Shown in pieces: positions 52,766-64,000 of a stretch of 64,000 nt of DNA. The notes beneath the pieces were generated by a model. That model worked only from the letters and a program-made list of their open reading frames with translations. It was not told the origin of the DNA and made no database searches. How positions within the stretch are numbered: the stretch's first letter is position 1; each line of letters begins with the position of its first letter. This stretch comes from Octopus vulgaris (Eukaryota). The stretch lies in the NCBI GenBank assembly GCA_951406725.2, contig OX597824.1:51150001-51214000 (forward strand). The letters are read 5' to 3'. The position numbers and the translations under genes were made by a program.

Positions 52766-53602
52766 TCATATGTTGTGGTGTGTGTTAGTGCTCCATTCTA
52801 GTTTTCTATTCAGGCTAGGTTTATTTTCTATTATGTGTGTAGCTTCTGTAATTTGTCTAATTGTTGCATCTGATCTATGTGTGGATAATATTTTAATTTC
52901 TATGTTATTAATTGATCCCCTGTGTTCTTGTTCGGCGTGTTGGTACAGAATCTATGAGCTTTTACCTTCCTTGAGTTGTCTCCAATGCACATTTACCCGC
53001 TCTCCTATGCTCCGTGCCGTTTCCCCTACGTATGTCGTTGTCTTGTTACTGCATCGTCTCTCTATACATCTTATACTATAGACTACATTTCTGGCTTTAC
53101 AGTTTGTTTGTGGGCTAAATCTACATACAGTACTTATCCGTACAGGGGGTTCTACTAAAAGGATAGGTTCTACCAATTATAGATTTGATAGGGTTGCCTG
53201 GCTTTTCAACAACCTTAATTCTTAGCTTAAGTTTGTCAAGGGTCCTTCTAAAGCGATACGCCTGTTCACCTCCAGGGGTGGTGTCAACGAACATGACACT
53301 CTGGTATTTATGGCTATCATACCAAGTGTTGGCCTTCCCTATTTTCTTTTTTGTCCTTTCTATAGTGTTCCATGACTTGTTCCTATAGAGTGGGCAAATA
53401 CCATTCCTATCATTACATAATATATTATCAAATTTCTTAATGGCTCCTTTGTATACTCTGATCCTTTCTTTATGGCTGTAACCTGAGAACTGCATGCGGT
53501 GAATGAAATATTGTATGTGTCTCTTTAACTCTGTGGGCTCGCACATGCATGACACATTTCTCATTATTCTGACGAGGTCTGCCATCAAAATATTGAATTT
53601 GG
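52766..53602 (-). pseudogene. PLE RT C-terminus, Cys-rich linker and GIY-YIG endonuclease
   Basis: RMQFSGY, MFVDTTPGG, IKVVEKPG, C..C..C, NVVYSIRC...YVGETARS..R...H, HAEQEH, RQITEA...LNRKLEW; one frameshift and one stop. Confidence 0.92.
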
Positions 53603-53671
53603 CATACAATAGAAATACAAAATGGCTGACGGTTAGTAAGGAGAGACACAAATAAGTAAGAAAAAAACAAA

Positions 53672-53716
53672 GGACCACTGATGCGGTCACAGGAGTGTGA
53701 CGAAAGAACTCTGGCC
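53672..53716 (+). ncRNA. Minimal hammerhead-like motif with non-canonical position 9 (mirror copy at 52209-52253, minus)
   Basis: GGACCA-CTGATGC-g-GTCACA-ggag-TGTGAC-GAAA-gaac-TC-TGGCC. Confidence 0.55.
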
Positions 53717-53945
53717 GAAATAAGATTAAGATTAATGTAAAAAATAAATAACACTGAAGCAAAGTAACACCAAATATATAGTGCGTGTGTTTTTATTGGC
53801 TAAACTGGCAAAATGACCATTCCGAAATATAACAATATCTGTTTCAACACACGACTTCACATAAAAAATCTTGCACAACAAATATTTAAACGTATATATA
53901 TATATATATATATATACGTATATTTGTAGATAAACAGACAGAGAG

Positions 53946-54066
<121 letters not shown>

Positions 54067-54351
54067 CAGACAGACAAATATACATGTACACCTATATTCA
54101 AATATATACATACACACGCACATATGTACATGTATATCCTTTTTTATGTAAAGGAGGGCGTATCAATTTTGTTAAAAATTCAATGTAGTCTATGTAACTA
54201 GATTTCCATCAGAAAAGAATGTCCATTGGCTGTCCATTGAGGTATGAGTAACTTATTAATTATGGTGAGTACAAATTGAGGCACATCTAAATTGGTCCTT
54301 CTAATTGGTCCATATCTATTCGAATTTGTATACTATATGCCTAGCTATGTC

Positions 54352-54483
54352 GAGGCACGTAGTTTAATGGTTAGAGTGCCACACTCATGATCCTAAGATT
54401 GTGGTTTCGATTCCTGTATCGTGCGATGCATTGTGTTCTTGTGCAGAACACTTCATTTCCCGTTGCCCCAGTCCACTCAGCTG
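54352..54483 (+). mobile_element. SINE head, family 2
   Basis: TAGTTTAATGGTTAG (A box), GGTTTCGATTCC (B box). Confidence 0.7.
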
Positions 54484-54949
54484 TGAGAGACCGGCCTCCT
54501 TCTCCAGAAGTGGCAGAAGTAATACATACGCCACAGAATCTGAGGAATCAACCTTAGGAGCCTAGCGCACGGGAAGGAGCTTTGAGTTTTTTATGATAAA
54601 AAGTTACAAGTCTCTAACCTCTTTGTGAACAGAAAAAAGTTAATTTTTGTTTCATGAAGTTCTAAGATGAGAAACTAATCAAGAGTAACCTATTTTTCCC
54701 CCGTGGAAAGATAAAACCTGAGGTGCAACTATTTTCTTGAACACTTTTTTTACAGAGTTATCCAAATTCTTTTAATTTCGCAGCCAGTCTTAAATTGCGT
54801 GTTTACTAAAATCAGTGTGTTTTTTTTTACATATTTATTTGAGTGACAGGATGAAATTCTGAGTTTATCAAAAAGTGTTTAAGATATAAATTTCATTTAT
54901 ATAAATTCCAAATTATTCAAGCGTCTATGTATAATGTGTTATGTATGTA

Positions 54950-56154
54950 AGAGAGTCGGCTGACCAAGTTATTCTCATGGAATATGACTGAATGAGGTTT
55001 ATTTTTCATCATAGGCACACACTTCTATCGGTGTTGCAATATTTGTATCTCATTGGTGAAGAAGTTTTCATATTGTTGGTAAAAACGGCAGATATGACGT
55101 CATCATCAGTGTGATGCTGGTTCCCAGCCAAGTGTCTTTTCATGTTGGCGAAAAATATGATAGTTAGATGGGGCAAAATCAGGAAAATAGAGAGGGCAAT
55201 CAATCAGTTCAAAGCTATAGTCACGCACAGCAGTCATTGAAATGAACGACTTGTATGTTGGAGCATTATCCTGATGGAACAAACCCGATTCATCATTACT
55301 GCTTCAGCAAGTAAGCAAAGTACTTTCCGTTGAAGGTGTAGCTCTTTCGAAAATAGTCAATGAACTCGACGCGTTTTGCATTCCAAAAGACTGGGTCATC
55401 ACTTTCCCGGCAAATAAAAACAATATCGGTTTTCTTTAGAGCGGGTTAGGAGTGGGGTTTCCACTACATGGATTGTCTCTTTATCTCTGACTCAGTGATG
55501 AAGACAACTCTCATCCTGAATTAGTAAACATTCAAGGAAACCAGCTGCATCTGCCTCGAACAATATCAGATTTTCATGAGATGTTATAAACCTAGTGTGC
55601 TTTTGAGCAGGTATCACAATGTGGCACCCACCGAACAGAAACCTTCATCAGGCCAAGTTCATTGCGCAAAATATTCTCGACTCTCTCATGCGATATGCTA
55701 ATAGCATTGGCTATTTGATTTATAGTCAATTGCCTATTATCCACCACCATGTGGTGAACACGATCAATGTCTCCTTCGGTGATGGCAGTTGCAGGATGTC
55801 CAGCTCGTGGTCATCTTCAAGACTCGCCCTTCCTCTGATAAATTCAGTTGCCTACTTTTGCACTGTTGATAAAGCTCGAACATCATCCTCTAATTTAGCA
55901 ACAACGTCAGTATGAATGTCCTTGAGGGATAAACCCATTTTTTGCAGGTACTTGATGTTGCAATACCAAATTTTGTTGACGTTCGAGAGAAAGTCGCTAC
56001 TAGTTACTTTTGAAGTCTTTTTGAACAGTCAAATGTCAGTTTACCTGGCAAGAAACAGTGCAGTTATTAATAAGAAGGGTTGAGATTAAAGCATGCAAAA
56101 TTTCACATCCTGACATCACTCCCTCATTGCCTATGAACGTTTCAGCCTACCCTG
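54950..56154 (-). mobile_element. mariner (DD34D-type) relic
   Basis: Minus RWVPH and YFPDFAPSNYHIF (decayed YSPDLAPSDY); TIR CAGGGTAGGCTGAAACGTT with TA at 56155-56156, decayed partner near 54950. Confidence 0.85.
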
Positions 56155-57401
56155 TACATGTATATACATAAATACATACACAGATATGTATTTATGTGTT
56201 TGTGTGTATAGGTGTGTGTATATAGTTGGCATTGAAATTACCAAAAACAATACATACACATATAATATATATGTACATACATACATATATGTTCACTCAT
56301 ATATACAAACATAGGTACATGCACATATATGTGTCTATATATATGTATATATATATGTATGTATGTATACACACATACATACATATAGATAGATTGATAG
56401 AGATTGATAGATACATACATATATATATATATGTGTGTGTATATATATACATGTATGCATGTGTATGCATGTGTGTGTATGCATGTGTGTGTGTATGTAT
56501 GTATGTATGTATGTATGTATGTATGTATATATGTGTATGTATGTATGTATGTATATACGTACGTATCTACGTATGTATCTGTGTATGTGCGAGTGCTTAT
56601 ACTTATGCCTTATCTAGTGGAACAGCTAAAGCAAGAGATTAACCATTCCACATGTTTGTTTCTCCGTATAGATACAAACACAGCCACACACAGACACGCG
56701 CGCGCATCGACACATTTATATAACTTGTGTGTGTATGTGTGTATGCATCCTTCGATGCATGTGTGTACACAATATGTAAAGTAGTCCGCCTCTGAGTGTT
56801 TACATATTTCAGTACGTATATGTATATATATTCTATATTTATGTATACTCGTTCCTATATATTTCCACGTGTCCCTGTGGTTTTGAATGTATTATTTGTG
56901 TGTGCTTGCTCATGAGCGCTGTGTGCACGCGTATGCAGATGGCTATGGCTATGTGCTAGACAGTTTCTCTTGCAGTGCATAGATAAGTAAATACATGGAT
57001 TTGGAAAGGAATAAAAATAAAGAAATAACATGGATTTGGAAAGGTATGAGAGGGAGGGAGAGGAAAGAGGGAGAGAGGGAGAGGAATCGAGAGAGAAAAT
57101 GAAAGAGAGAGGGAGCAAAAGAGAGACAATGTTTATGCCTATGTGGAAATGTGATCATGTTCAGTTTGTTTTGTATATCTACATAGTCTTATCTCTCTCT
57201 CTCTCTTTCTCTCTCTCTCCCTCTTTCTCTATCTCTCTCCCCTCTCTTTCTGATATATATATATATATATCTGACAGGTATAGATATATACTCACACATA
57301 TATATGTATCCATACATGCATACATATGTATGTGGGGGAATGTATGAATGTGTGTGTGCGTAAGTGTGGATATTTATGTGTATAGATAAACACATTTATA
57401 C

Positions 57402-57563
57402 ACTGGTGGGGCTGTGTGGAAAGAAGGTTCCTTCAAAACCACACGGTTAGGGTTCAGTCCCACTGCGTGACACCTTGAGCAACTGTCTCCCACTATGGCC
57501 GCTGACCGACCAAAGCCTTGTGAGTGAATTTGGTAGGCGGACTCTCGTGTGTGTGTGTGTGTG

Positions 57564-57617
<54 letters not shown>

Positions 57618-57840
57618 TGCGTATGCGTGTATTTTTTCGTCTGAGTTTGACCTCCGCCGCTGCTTGACAATCGGCGATGGTGTGTTTACGTTCCCTTGAC
57701 ATGTCGGATCGACAATAGACATAGATGTAATAAGTGTCAGGCTTTAAAAAAAGTAAGTACTAGGGTCGATTCATTCGACTAAAATTTTTTAAGGGGATGC
57801 CCCATCATGGCTGCAGTCTAATGACTGGAACAAGTAAAAG
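57402..57840 (+). mobile_element. SINE family 1, diverged, full length
   Basis: GGCTGTGTGG, GGTTCAGTCCC, internal (TG)n and tail. Confidence 0.85.
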
Positions 57841-58389
57841 ATATATACACGTAAAGAAAAGTCAAGATTCTTTATATACATTGTTCCATAAATGTACCAA
57901 TATCGAAACATATTTGAGTGAACAGTGATATCTATAAAAAAGTGAATGTGTCTCTGCATGAGTTTATATATGTGTATGAGATTTCTGGAACGTATTGTGT
58001 GCATGTATGAAACTGTGTGCTTTGCCTTATAAGTATATATTTTCATATATACAAATATTGAAGGGTCTATAAATTATATTTCTATGTATACGTTAGTAAG
58101 GATATGCTTATTCATGAGCTATATATGGGTTTGCACGTGTATAAATATGTATTTGTGTATGTATATAAATATATGTATGAATATGTGTGTATATATATAT
58201 ATATATACATACATACATATATACATACATACATATATATAAATATATGTGTTTGGGTGGGTGTGTTCATACACACACACACATATATTAATATTTAAAT
58301 ATATATGTGGTTATATATGTATATGAAATATGCACGCATGCACACACATGCGTACACACTCATACACAAGTATGTATATATATATACAC

Positions 58390-58442
<53 letters not shown>

Positions 58443-58465
58443 GCGTACATATATATATGTACATA

Positions 58466-58509
<44 letters not shown>

Positions 58510-58962
58510 TACATACATACATATATATATGCATATATATATACATATACATATATATATACATATATATATACACACACACACATAATCATATGTAGGT
58601 CCAATTGTGTGTGGATATGTGGAGGTTAATGGACTTGTTAATTGGAGCTAATTCCTTACTTATACAGTTTAACATGACGATACAATTGCTATTATTTCCA
58701 TAGCTACCAGCATTTACTCATTTCTATTGTCAAGATCAGGTTCTTTGCAATACCGCTTCATTACTTTTTCCTTCTCTCTTCTACCCCCTTTTCTTTCACT
58801 CTCTTTCAATTTATCTATTTGTCATGTAGGTAGGTATGTATGTATGTATGTATGTATGTATGTGGGTGTGTGCGTCAGTCAGTATGCATATATAAGCATG
58901 TTTGTGTAAAATGCACACACACACACACACACACACGCACATGTATACATACATATATATAC

Positions 58963-59013
<51 letters not shown>

Positions 59014-59867
59014 CATGTATATATATGTATATATATGTACATATACATATATGTATATTTGTATTTACATATGTATATATACATATATATCTCTGTGTGT
59101 GATTGTGTGTGTTTGTGTGTGTATGTGTGTGTATGTGTGTGTGTGTGTGTGTGTGTTAGTAAAATGGTTTTAAGTCTTCTGTAACTCAGCGGCGTCATAT
59201 TTTGCAAAACTAGCAAATTTTGTGCCTCGGTTTATTTTTGATAATTTTTCAAAGTATCTCATCATGCCCTCTAGCAGTTTTTAATGTGCCACCTAGCAAT
59301 ACCCATGCCCCATCATAAGACCTCCGAGACTGATGAGGGGAATAGAGTGAGAACGATATCATCAAACTGAAAACTTGATCCTAATGCTTGAAGCATTGTG
59401 GGTTCTGCTAAACCTGCTCAAGGTGACAGGTTGTGCTATGTATAAACACATGATCTCCCTCATGTAGATCATGGCTGGTTTTGAACTCAGAACTCAGAAT
59501 GGAAAGTGCCTGAATAAATACCGCAAGGCTTCCTCTCTGATGCTTTTTACAGTTTTGCCAATCCACTCCTTTGTTTCTTAGCTTGTTTTTATTGGCCCCG
59601 AAAGGATGAAAGGTAAAGTTCATGGCGCAGAAATTCAGAACAAATACCACAAAACAATTCCCACGCTGTAAAGGTTCCCTCAATTTGCCACCTATTTTGC
59701 CCCACTTTGTATATATTTTCTTATACTAAATTTTTATCTAAATTGCTAAATTTATCAAATGGGCTATTTACTTCAAATGCTCAAATGCCACCTCCATACG
59801 TTTTTGATAGCAGGTTCAGACGAAAATGCCTTTTACAAAGTTGCATATTGTATTGCTATCCCTATCT

Positions 59868-60245
59868 TTTATCCTTTACTTCTTTCAGTCATTGGATTGC
59901 GACTCTGCAGGGGCGCCGACTTGAAGAGTATTAGTCGAACAAATTTGACGCCAATTCTTATTTTAAAGCCTGCTACTTATTCTATCGACCTCTTTTGTCG
60001 AACAGTTAATTTTCAAGGGCGTAAACAATCCCGTATCCGTTACCAAGCGTTCGAGAAACTAACACAATCACAAAAAGTACACAAAAACTTATAATCGACG
60101 CGCTTCCACACTGTCTCCTTCAAGCAAATCCACTCCTAAGGCTTTGGGCTCCCCAGTGCTACAGAAAAAGACACTTGCCCAAGGTGTCGCACGGTAAGAT
60201 TGAAAGCAAAACCACGTGGTAGCGAAGTGAGATTCTGAACTACAT
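59868..60245 (-). mobile_element. SINE family 1, diverged
   Basis: TTTCAGTCATT...CAAATCCACTC..GACACTTGCCCAAGGTG; further pieces at 44983-45135, 60940-61165, 62215-62365, 63191-63265, 63483-63607. Confidence 0.75.
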
Positions 60246-61731
60246 AACTTGTTTCGCCAAAACAAGATTTTCAGATTCCTTGAGATACACATATAGAAAC
60301 AATCCAAGTGTCAAAATGTATACATCTGCATTTCTTTTATATGGAAGTGCAGAATCTTCGTTTAACATTTTACAAAAATTTTTAGCATCTTTACTGCCAC
60401 GAGTTACCAAATTCGATATATCTAAATTGTCATTACTTTTTCATTGGTTCATTCATTGTTTTCTCTGCTCGATCTAAATTGTCTTTCCAGCTGGGATCAG
60501 CGAATTGAAAACAATAGGGTAGTTTGTTTCAAGGTGTTACTCCAGCATAGCCGCAGTCCATTAACTGAAACAAACAGTAGCAAAAATAATTTTTACATAT
60601 AATGAATTCATACGTTAAATGGTAAGGCGACGCGTTGCAAAGACCTCACCGACAAAAGCTATTTTTAATTTCGAACATTTACGGTGATTTATACATCTGA
60701 ATACGAGAGTATGCTGTCTGGTTTGCGTTACATTGAGTTTAAGTATAACCCACCGATTTCGAAATAAAGATACTTGTGATCTTAAACCTGCATGTCCACT
60801 CAACGAGTGGGGGGGATGTATGTGTATGTGTATGTATGGATATATAAATATACATGTATATACATATATACTAATTCTATTAGGCCATTAAACTTGGAGT
60901 TTGTGTTCTTTATACACAGATGTATGGGTGTGCTGCCTGTGTGAGTGTATGTCTTTGTGCCAGTGTTTGTCACTCACACTGCTTGACAACCGATCTTGGT
61001 TTGATTACGTCCCCGTAACATAGCAGTTCTGTAAAAGGAAAAAAAAATGAGAATAAAGTACCAGACCTAAAGGAGAAGTGAGAATTGAGGTCAATTCGCT
61101 TGGCTAAAACCTTCAATGTGGCGCTCCAATATGACTGTAGCCCAATAACTGAAAAACGTAAAACGTAAACTACGCGCGCGTGTGTGTGCGATTGTCAGTC
61201 TGCTGCGGTAAAGAAAAACAATATTTATGTGTGTGTAGATGTATAAGTATATTTTGAAAAACTGACAGAAAGAGTCAGTGAAATTGGCGTGAGGGGAGAA
61301 GGATGTCTTTCTAATATTTCATTCCTGTCATTATACCCCGAAGAAAAACTCCATTCGAAATCTTGGGTACTCCACTCCCCAGTGCAATTTTACTGTAGTC
61401 CTTACGTCACTTCCAAAAAATACAAGTCTTGTCGACTACAGACAACCACGGGCATAGTCACCTTAGAATTTTTTTTTTCTTCTGATATACATACTCACAA
61501 ACAGACATACGTACGCACACACATGCATATGTATGTGTATGTATATATATATTTATCCTTAATTGTTAAATTTATTCCGAAAAAACTTTTCCTATCCGAA
61601 ATGCAGTTCGAAGAAGCCCGCCATATACCGGATATATGATTTGTAAACTTCTACATGTGCTTCGTTAGAAAGAGCAGTTGGCTGTTCGACTTCGACGGTA
61701 CTGGTCGTTTATTTATGATATGTTCAGAATC

Positions 61732-61799
61732 AGTCTTACTGATGAGCATGGACGCAAATTCTTCTGCGGTGAGTGCGAAATCACAGGTGATATAAGACT
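61732..61799 (+). ncRNA. Canonical type I hammerhead ribozyme in a pseudo-LTR-like repeat (about 61555-61920)
   Basis: AGTCTTA-CTGATGA-GCAT...GTGC-GAAA-TCAC-ag-GTGA-TA-TAAGACT; predicted cut after 61792. Confidence 0.88.
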
Positions 61800-61924
61800 A
61801 AATTCATTTTTTAAATGTCTTGCTTTGAAAAACTGCATTGGGTATGATTAGTAAAATTTTTGGTAGAAATGACTTTTGTCCCTCTTAGCGTGAGGCATTT
61901 ATATGTAATAATGCCCTCTATATA

Positions 61925-61966
<42 letters not shown>

Positions 61967-62029
61967 ATACATATTTATTTACATACATATATGTGTATAT
62001 ATATATATATACATATATATTCATATATA

Positions 62030-62067
<38 letters not shown>

Positions 62068-63304
62068 CATATATACATATAAATGTATGTGTATTTATAT
62101 CTCTATCTATATCTACATCTATATATATATATCTGTATCTATCTATCTGTCTATATACATATATCTCCATGTGTGTGTGCGTGTATGTGTGTGTGTGCAA
62201 GTCTGTGTAAGTGTCTTCTGCTCCATTTCCATATACCAAACTTCACTCACAAGAAATTGGTCAAACCGAAGTACAATTTTCCATGGCATCCCGTGGTGAG
62301 ATTCAACCTTGAATTACGTGTTTGAGAAACAACCATCTTTTAAACCACATATCCTGCGCGCGCCCAAACAGAACTGGTGAATTTATCAGCAATATATGGA
62401 TGTGTATCAGAGAAAAAGAGACATAGCTACCTTACAAACGATGCTGTTTTAATAAAACTGAGAAAGAAATAAAGTGACATATTATACGAGCCAGTTGTTT
62501 TATATGACTTCCTCTATGATATATAACATGAAAATTAATGGTTAATTACTTAATGGCTCTGGACCACTTAATTAGCGTATATTTGTGCAGTCGGTGAGAA
62601 GTTTGAGAAAGCTCTTAACAGAGAATCTGTGGGATATCTATGCTGCTAAAGATTTACGATGAGCTGGTAATAAAAACAGAAATTAATTTTCAAGAGGTTT
62701 GTTGATAATTTCTGGTACAGTCCATGGAGTGGGCACACCTGATCACTCATTTAATGTCCATTGTGTATTCAAGTAGAATCCATTTAACTAAGTGTAGCAA
62801 TTCAACGTAGAAACCAATCAGTTTTGGTAATTATAAGGAAGTCAATGTTTCACAACAGCGACAACAACAAATGGAATATTTACATTTTCTTTATAATAGT
62901 TTTCCTGATAGTTTTCCGTAAGAATGTTTTTGACGTGTTCCAGTTTTTTTTAAAGCTATTTACTAAGTAAACAATTAACTAAAAAAGGCATGTAAAATCA
63001 ATGTATTTGTTGAAGATAAACGTTTCATAGTTTTAAACAAAAATAGTTTTCCAAGATAGAGAAAGCAAATAATAAAAATAATTTTAAATCCTTGCGTAGT
63101 ATCCAATATTTTCTTTTTTTAATTTTCTTCTCCATTTTTTAAACCTTTCTTATATATATCTTGCATTTTTCTTTAAATACATACACTTTACAGGCGTGAT
63201 TGTGTGGTGAGAAGTTTGCTTTCCAGCCACGTGGTTCCGGGTTCAATCATCTATGTGCCATTTGGGGGAATAATCGCGGGCCCATCATATATATATATAT
63301 ATGT

Positions 63305-63369
<65 letters not shown>

Positions 63370-63407
63370 TATATATATGTACATATATATATCTATATAT
63401 ATATATA

Positions 63408-63461
<54 letters not shown>

Positions 63462-63731
63462 CCGTTACGTTTATATATATGCAACGGCCTTCTTTCTGTG
63501 TCCGTCCACTAAATCCAAGTTTGGTCGCCCCGAAGGTATCACGCAGCGGGACTGAACCTGAAGCCATGTAGTTGGGAAGCAAGCTCCTTACCACATGCCT
63601 GCGCCTGTGGATGTATATGCATATATATATAAAGTTAATCCAAACATGAAAACACAAAGAGAAAACACAACGCGAGGATGTGGAACAAATATAGTATTAT
63701 TGGACGCTCAGGAAGGAAGGGAAGAAGGAAG

Positions 63732-63766
63732 GTTTAACGTTTCGAGTGGAGCTCTTCGTCAGAAAC
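63732..63766 (-). ncRNA. Minimal type I hammerhead in a PLE-type repeat (63631-63845)
   Basis: GTTT-CTGACGA-a-GAG-ctcca-CTC-GAAA-CG-TT-AAAC; palindromic ACGT stem III. Confidence 0.7.
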
Positions 63767-63888
63767 ACAGGAAAAAGAAAGATCCAGAGAAGGGAAGACG
63801 GAGGAAAAGAATCGTCAACGGTACACACGCTGTCACATTTTGAATGTATATATAAATATATATATAAATATATACAAATATATATATA

Positions 63889-64000
63889 CTAGCAGTATCG
63901 CCCGGCGTTGCTCGGGTTTGTAAGGGAAATAATTATATAAGTATTTTTAGAGATGTAAAGTATAATAGCCATCTCAATATGGCTAACCACAAAGGGGGAG
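63889..64000 (-). mobile_element. Helitron-like 3' end, running off the window
   Basis: Minus CCCGAGCAACGCCGGG hairpin, then CTAG|T. Confidence 0.65.

Larger units (their letters stand above)
52097..53893 (-). mobile_element. 5'-truncated Penelope-like element with an inverted pseudo-LTR
   Basis: 52100-52325 is inverted at 53603-53822; RT-thumb/GIY-YIG coding remnant between them; (TA)n on both sides. Confidence 0.92.

Overview
Repeat-dominated, AT-rich animal DNA with very long (TA)n/(TATG)n/(CA)n tracts. The SINE families and microsatellite load suggest a coleoid cephalopod, probably Octopus (inference from recalled repeat sequences, not a database hit). I cannot support any host protein-coding exon; most entries in the ORF track are translated microsatellites. 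Recognisable content: three tRNA-derived SINE families, a 3'-truncated CR1-like LINE, a decayed Buster-type hAT with 8-bp TSD, two Tc1/mariner relics, a Gypsy (Mag-like) LTR relic, Helitron-like ends, MITEs and many Penelope-like element (PLE) fragments. The most interesting layer is RNA structure. (1) A near-identical ~491-bp tandem array (49017-51181) carries one complete type I hammerhead ribozyme (HHR) per unit plus an inverted partial copy, resembling a retrozyme. (2) Two different repeat families (14338-14410 and 39255-39327; 51344-51422; a degenerate case at 7382-7465) contain all HHR core segments in a non-circularly permuted order, with compensatory base changes between copies. (3) Several further type I HHRs are present, including a U3-A8 core variant. 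All folds were derived by eye and no cleavage activity has been shown.
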